From the NCBI RefSeq assembly GCF_001194135.2, contig NC_068987.1, forward strand, positions 93,748,585 through 93,806,215: a stretch of DNA of 57,631 nt. Direction: 5' to 3'. Positions 50,768 through 57,631 of the stretch are shown piece by piece (the first letter of the stretch is position 1; the number at the start of each line of letters is the position of its first letter). The position numbers and the translations under genes are program-made. The notes below the pieces were generated by a model. It was not told where the DNA came from. It saw nothing but the letters and a program-made list of their open reading frames with translations, and did not search any database. Source of the DNA: Octopus bimaculoides (lineage: Eukaryota).

Positions 50768-51290
50768 CACGGTACATTCCAGAAGATTAGAGACTTTTTC
50801 AGGTGAGATATCTATTAATTTAAAAAAACTACAAAACACTAAAATTCTTCAATGTAGGATCCTCTCACTGTAAGCTCTTCGGCCAATTCATAAAGGCCCC
50901 ATAGAAGTCATCCAAAGTGAAGGTGTCCTGAACCCTTGTCACAGCTTCGTTAATCTTGGGTAACAACCGAAATTCATATAGAGCAAAGTTTGGACTGCTG
51001 AATGGGCGAAAGACACAGTTGAATACGTCGTTCCAGGATAGAATTGTGGACTGGTGCATTGTGTTGCGGCCGGTTCTCTGGCGTTCTGCGATGAAATCGC
51101 CTTCTGAGCTCCCTCACAACTCCCACTGAGTACTCTTTGTTGACCGCTTGGCCACAAAGAACTCTTGCTGTCGAAAACACAGAATCATCATGAGCTTCCC
51201 GTTGCTCATGTTGGTTTGCTTGACCTCCTATACCAGCAGCGAAAAGCAAATACTCGGCGCATATACGTGAGACCATTAGCAATCTGTTGT
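50768..51290 (-). mobile_element. Mariner transposase catalytic-domain relic
   Basis: The minus strand reads GKLMMILCF, GQAVNKEYSVGVVRELRRRFHRRTPE..HNAPVHNS and PFSSPNFALYEFRLLPKINEAV..DDFYGAFMNW. TIR-like CACGGTACATTCCAGAAGATTAGAGACT at ~50768. Confidence 0.8.
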
Positions 51291-51674
51291 ATTTCGTATC
51301 TTTCTCTCGCATTTTTGCCTAATTTAACACAAAACTTTATTGCACAGCGAGCTCCTTAATTATCATTGCGTCCTCACTACATTTTGAAAAATAATCAGCT
51401 CAAGAAATAATGAATAGTAAGATGTGTTCAAAGTACTGTAACATCCAATTCCTTCAATCTGGAATAACAAAAGTCGGCATGTCAGCTTATTAGATGTATA
51501 GTTAGAAAGTACTAATTTTACATAGATCTTGGACGGTTATAACTGCTTCCGCTAAAAAGGAAAGTCTCAAAATTTCCGGAATGCATTCTTACATACTTAC
51601 ATAGTTTTGTACATGCGTGGATATGTAAACATGCATATTGGCATACCATATACCAATATATGTATATATTCATA

Positions 51675-52502
51675 CAGGGTGCGATGAATAAATTGTCGCT
51701 ATTTTCTACTTTTAATTTCGCGCATGCACATTGTTTGTCTTTGATTTTGTCGACTACACAGTATAGTAAGGTCAGTCTGTGATAAAAACAGCACCGCGTC
51801 ACATGTCACTCTCTTAGAAATTCGGAAACGAACATTTCAGAGTATTTGGGTGTCAATCTGAGGACAGTATAATCTGAGGACATGTAACGAGACTAATAAA
51901 AATTAAGTATTCAGTCAACAGCATGGTGTTTGGAGTGATCATTAATGATGGCGACGTTATGCCTCCCTTCATCTTCCCACACGGTCTCACACTTAACACG
52001 GAGGCCCACATCATGTTCCTGGAGGAGGTAGTGCTGACGTGAATCAAAAAGGTGGCTGCTGAAAGACCCTGTGTCTGGCAACAGAACTCTGCACCATGCC
52101 ACACAAGCAGAAGAACCCAGTCATGGCTGTCAGATAATTTCTGCAACCACATCACTCGTAAAATCTGGCCATCTAACTCCCCAGATTGCAACCCTCTTAA
52201 TTATTATGCGCGGGGTGCAGTTGAGTGAGAGACCAACAAAACTTCTTGTAACACCAAAGATGAACTGAAGGCAAAGATTATGGCAGCATTCACCAAAGTA
52301 AACAAGGAGACCGTCCAGAAGAGTTGCAAGAAGTCGTCTGGAGGCCGTGGTTGAAGCCAATGGCGATTTTATTGAATTAATTTATTCTTTAGTATTTCAA
52401 GATATTTTTATGTAATTTTGGTAAATATATCTGTTAAAATGAGACGTCAGTGTTATTTTTATTGTTGCGTAAATTAGACGACAGTTTAGTCATTATGCCC
52501 TA
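51675..52502 (+). mobile_element. DD37D (maT-type) element, internally deleted, both TIRs
   Basis: 25-bp TIRs at 51675-99 and 52478-502 (17/25 match) with flanking TA. It reads MVFGVIINDGDVMPPFIFPHGL..VWQQNSAPCHTSRRTQSWLSDNF..WPSNSPDCNPLNYY..CNTKDELKAKI..RLEAVVEANGDFIE, with a 37-residue spacer. Confidence 0.93.
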
Positions 52503-53189
52503 TATATATGTATAAAAAACACACCCACACACATGCACACAAGCACGCACACATTACACATACACACACACACATGTATGTATATATGCATGTATGTATG
52601 CGTGTATTTATCAGTCGGATATCAAAATCAAGTTACCAAAGCTGAACAGTGAAACTCTCAAGTAATGAAACGTCAAACATTTCAGACACATGGCCTGCAC
52701 TGGCGGCTAATTATTGTAAGTGAGATAATCACTTCAAAATCAATCATGGCGGAATTAGAAGTTTAAATTTTAAATTAAATTGCAACGGAGTCGATGCACA
52801 GAATATAAATACTTAATATTTGTTCTCATATACATTATAATTATAGTAAAACATCTACCATAGTTAGTAATGTATAGCGCCATTTCATCGTTTCTAGAAC
52901 TCATCTGCATTGCATAACCTGAGACAATTAAAGATATTATGAATCCAAGCAGTTCTAATAGATAGAAAATAATTAGAATTCAGAAGACATTCAGTGAGTG
53001 TGTATCTTGTCTGTTTTTTTTTTTTTTCTTTCATACATCGGAAATATTGAATATGAGACGATAAAACAAAAGAAAGTATCCGATTAATATAAAGGAAGAT
53101 CGACAACTCAGCTCAAGTGATATTTCAGAATAACTTCGCCATATCGGGAAGGAGTAGTCTATACACCCTTGATCCATGATAAAACTGAT

Positions 53190-53693
53190 ATAGTATTTAA
53201 TAAAAAAAATTTTCCATGACAATCGAGAAAAATTAGCCAGAGATATGTCGAACATATTCATACATAGAAACAACATAAGAATAACGATTGTAATAGAAAA
53301 GACGTGGTATCTCAACACGGTTACAATACCAATGATTGTAGTAGTATTTGAAATGAACAAAAAAGGAACTGAAAATTATTTCAAAATGATCCCTGGCTTA
53401 CCATCCAGGCAGGAAGTGCAAAAGATTGTCTTAACGGCTACGTCAACACGTATCGAGAACATTGTCGCTGTGAATTTTCTTTCCTTTCCCCACTTTATTT
53501 TATTTGATAGCTTTTTATATTTTTCTTTTTCTATTTTTTTCTTCCCCTTTTTCTCTATCACATGACTTTGCATATGAACAATCTGGTGTGTTTATTCTAA
53601 TGACCTGCCAATGTATACAATACGTTTCTCTGTTCTAGGTGTCAGAATTGAAGGAAGATGCTAATGAAAAAAAAATAACAATAATAATAATAA
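53190..53693 (+). mobile_element. R4/Dong-type RLE LINE 3' end with short (TAA)n tail
   Basis: WYLNTVTIPMIVVVFEMNKKGTENYFKMIPGLPSRQEVQKIVLTAT matches an R4-clade C-terminus. TAA repeats at 53676-53693. Confidence 0.7.
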
Positions 53694-53904
53694 AGGTGAT
53701 GAGGATGAAGATTTCTACCATAAGTTTCTACCATAACTACAACACTCAAAGGAAGGGGTGTAGTCCGTTGAATCAACTCGCTCTACTTGACATAGAAAAT
53801 AGAGAACTCATGAAAACCAAACAGTTAAATAACAACGCTGGATTTTGACCTCGGAAACGAAAAGAGTGAAATGTTTTTTTTTCTTTTTCTTAACAGGCAC
53901 AACG

Positions 53905-54015
53905 ACTCAGGGTAGATCGAAACCCATTGAATTTACTGGTACTCGTGTTATGGACGTTGAATGTATGAAAACTAAAAATGACTTTCGGTGGAATTTCATC
54001 TCAGGATGAACGTGA
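53905..54015 (-). mobile_element. SINE family B fragment, diverged
   Basis: The reverse complement GAGATGAAATTCCACCGAAAGTCATTTTTAGTTTTCATAC..GAGTACCAG..GGTTTCGATC aligns to 48345-48440. Confidence 0.65.
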
Positions 54016-54681
54016 TTAAAGTGAGTATTTTTTAATGTAAGAACAACCAAACTGACGACATTGAAATATGGTGACTACTTTTGTATTTATGTATCAAAGG
54101 AGCGCAATCCATGGGGTGCTTTGCGTGTAACGAGTTGTACGCCACAGGAACTTGGTTTACTGATAGTAATAAATGAAGTGTAATGTTTATATCGGTGGGA
54201 TTAGAATTAGTGTTGTAAGAGAACCACACTAAATAAACCTAAGAATTTCATGTGACCCTATTCCATTTATGCCATTTCGCTGGAATCTTGGAATTTATAA
54301 GTATCATAAAGATGGTTTGATGATATTTCACTTTAAATGGGAACGTTTAAAAGGCGGGCGATGAACACTTAACTAGTTTTAGAGAAACCATTTTCCGCTG
54401 TATTGATTTCAGATTTATGTACTTGTGTATGTGTATCTTGGCATATTTGTGATTGTTTGTGTGTATGTGTTTGTGTGTCTGTGTGTGGGTCGGAACTCTC
54501 CCGATAAAGAAATTTACCGACAACCATCAGATATCCAAATGATTTAATTCACTCTTATATTTTGTATATTCCACGGACCACCCAGAACGTGGTGTATTCC
54601 AGGACTGATATATATATTTCCTACATTTTGAACAACATTTATCAATTTCATGTCTCCCCCCCCCCCTCATTAGTTTTTGCT

Positions 54682-54880
54682 GAGACAGCAAGCTGGCAGA
54701 ATTGTTAGCACGCCGGAAAAAGAAAGGCTTAGCAGAATTTCACCTGTTTTACGTTCTAAGTTCAAACTACGCCGTGGCCAACTTTGCCTTTTATTCATTC
54801 GAGGTCGATGAAATAGATACCTGTTGAGTGCTGGAGGTGACGTAATCAAATTACCTGTAAAATTAATGATCCTGTTTCTA
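54682..54880 (+). mobile_element. SINE family B
   Basis: AAGCTGGCAGAATTGTTAGCACGCCGG..AAGTTCAAACTACGCCGTGGCCAACTTTGCCTTTT..GAGGTCGATG. Confidence 0.85.
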
Positions 54881-54924
54881 AGACTGAAACAATATTAGTT
54901 CATGCTGTCCATTTACTTCCAATG

Positions 54925-55106
54925 CTTTTGTATGATAGCTTAACTGAAAATATATTGGTGTCACGTATTCATAGGATAAGGTTAACATGTATAATACAAA
55001 TGAAAAGAGGAGACAGGAAAAAAATCCCTTGTTCATGGGTCTTTTAGATAGAAAAATGGTTTTAATGATTTTGTTTGTTGTGGACAAAAGAGGCTTTGTT
55101 GTAGAA
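54925..55106 (+). repeat. Unclassified dispersed repeat, copy 2
   Basis: Aligns with 33835-34023. Confidence 0.8.
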
Positions 55107-55369
55107 GGAAAAAAATCACATTTACTCGTGGTTGAACGATTGTTTTCAATTTTTGAATAACTTTCAATTTTGTTTGTGAACTGAGTTGTCAAATAATTCT
55201 CTTCCTCTATTCTATATTTTTAGAAAATCCTAGAATTTGTCGAATTTTCCAGTTAATTTTCGAAGATTGATACTGATTTCTCTGAATACTTTGAAAATTT
55301 CTTCATTACCGCTTTTGTCTATTTTTCTCTGCTTTAGGTAGCATTTTTTTGAAGATTTGTGTGGAAACT

Positions 55370-55600
55370 TGGTATCGACCGAGGCCTTGTCAGTGAAACT
55401 TGATAGAGGAACCTGTGTCAAAGCTCATCAGTTACACACAAACATGCATACAAACATGTCTAGGTTTCAAGTGCCACCGCGGTCGACCTCCCATTCCATC
55501 CTCTCAACATCGATAAAACGAGCACCAGCTGAATACAAGGCTTGATGCAATCAACTTACTGTATCCCATGAAATTGCTGGCCTTGAGTCTAAGTTTTCAA
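55370..55600 (+). mobile_element. Diverged SINE fragments (family A piece, then family B 3' part)
   Basis: TCGACCGAGGCCTTGTCAGTGAAACTTGATAG is A-like. CCGCGGTCGACC..CCATCC..TCGATAAAACGAGCACCAG..AAATTGCTGGCCTTG is B-like. Confidence 0.6.
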
Positions 55601-57108
55601 CCAATATACATGCATTGGGATGTGTGTATTAATCGGGGTCAAAAGAACCGATGCGTTGAGAAATATACCGTGTGGTAATATCAACTACGATCACTCGATA
55701 TTATTGACGAAAACTATTGTCTTAAACCAATACAAAAATAATACACGATCTGCTATTTGTTATTGCTTTCTTGATTGTATTTTCTTGTTTAATTTCATCG
55801 TAAAATTTATGGTTTTAATATTTCAGACTTATTAATCCCTAAAGTTTATTTTGTATTTTTCACGAAATATATTATTTTCTTTGAATTTATCTGAGGAACT
55901 TTGTTAAATCTATATTTTGATATCATGTTGTGTTAGAATTAAATGTTCTTCAGGGCCGTTTGTGACCACAATCAAATGCTTTACGTATTAATTATCGTTT
56001 TGAATTAGATACAACCCTTGAGTAATCTAGTTGTTGCTGCAAACCATAGTAATTTAGACATATAATTAAAAAAAAGGTTATTGGTTTACTTCCTGATATT
56101 TATTGCTTTACCAACATTTTTTTTAACGATTTAATGGAAAGGATGTACTACTATTATCACTGATTGTCAGTGATTGTTGTTGTTGTTTTGCTCCCAAGCT
56201 AACCCTAAGAGAATTGATCTCTAATCGATGAAGAACATGTCTTGGGCATCTTGACATACATGACTTGAGACTTCATTATCCAACGAGTGACCATATTCAG
56301 AATTACAGGCTTCATCATTGATTGGTTGTTAAGATATTTCATAAAATTAATTCACAAAGAAGGTAGCAAGTGACAGAGATGGCGAGGAGAGGGACAGAGA
56401 GAAGGGGGGGGGGGAGAGTGAGATAGAGGGAGAGGCATTACGTGATTACTCGACCTGCAAAAAGCAGCAACGAAATCTCCATTGACTCAAAACTAAATTC
56501 TTATAAAATGACACTGTGGATATATTCCTGGTTGTGTAGGGCATTGCAAAAGCCGTGGAAGGATTCGATACTGGTGGACCTGCAGCAAAACAACAAGATC
56601 AACAGGAAGAACAACTACGCCAGCAGCAATATCACCACCATCAACAACAACAACAACAGCTAATTGAACCGAAATATAACTAACATACTCTCTCTTAGTT
56701 TCTGAAATATTTACACAATTCTCAGCCATTGAACAAATGTCTTTCTCTCTCCACATCTGTATAACATTCATTATTCGACATCTCAGGTTTGCTGCATTAA
56801 ATATGTTAACACTAACTGAGATATTGTAACAAGTTGGTTGAATGGGGTTTGATTTAATCGTGTGATAGAGGAAAATTATTTTATTGATGATTGTCAAAGA
56901 GTAACGTATCTTCATCATTGTTCCATTTATTATTTTATTCTGGACATTTACAGGAACTTGTCTTTTGGAACAGTCTGTAATTCTTTCATCGCTCTTTGTC
57001 ACGCCACTACCCTGTCATACGAATAACATCAAATAACCTACATTTTCAGCGCGAGTGTAAGTGCGTATGTGCGTATGTGTGTATAAGTGTATATGTATTG
57101 TATGTATG

Positions 57109-57186
<78 letters not shown>

Positions 57187-57249
57187 GATATCAACAATTG
57201 TACTATTCTTTTATTTTCCAGTTTCTCACTGTGTCCTCTCTCTCTCTCA

Positions 57250-57293
<44 letters not shown>

Positions 57294-57631
57294 GCTTATT
57301 TCTCTATTTCTCTCTCTTTATCCCCAATTCCCCATTTGTATTTCTGTGTCTGCGAGAATCTGTCTCTATGTAAGTATCTCTTTCTTAGCCACTATCGCTA
57401 TCGACCACTGTCTTTCCATTGTTCATCTTTCTCTATGTTCCATCGCCTTTCTCACATGTTCTTCTCTCCTTGGTGCCACTTCAAATTCTCTCTTTTATTC
57501 CAGACTCTATTCCTGTTTCCATATTCGTCGCCTCGCATTCTTTTACTTCTGTCAGATTTAGCACAAGACAAATTTATCATAAATACAGCTATACACATAC
57601 AAAGAAACTACGCACACACACACACACACAC

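Noticed and set aside
56540-56683. Possible terminal exon GIAKAVEGFDTGGPAAKQQDQQ..HHHQQQQQQLIEPKYN*
   Set aside because: The acceptor is weak and the composition is explained by CAA/CAG repeat decay, which is common in this window. RNA-seq would be needed.

Overview
This is eukaryotic, AT-rich, microsatellite-dense DNA with 11 N-gaps. I cannot support any host protein-coding exon, tRNA, rRNA or CRISPR array; it reads as a large intron or intergenic region. Almost every ORF in the supplied track is a microsatellite or N artefact or a transposon relic. The two tRNA-derived SINE families and the TE spectrum match my recollection of Octopus repeats (inference, not a database result). Content: five 3' ends of R4/Dong-type (restriction-like endonuclease, RLE) LINEs, three of them stacked at a TAA microsatellite; a near-intact 1.1-kb RTE reverse-transcriptase fragment; a CR1/L2-type LINE stub; three mariner relics, one with an internal inversion; two DD37D (maT) relics; a Tigger relic; a TTAA-flanked piggyBac-type MITE nested in a maT; two Penelope-type hammerhead-ribozyme-like motifs next to (TA)n; about 12 SINE copies or fragments; and three notable hairpins or palindromes. 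All translations and alignments were done by eye, and boundaries of degenerate elements are approximate.
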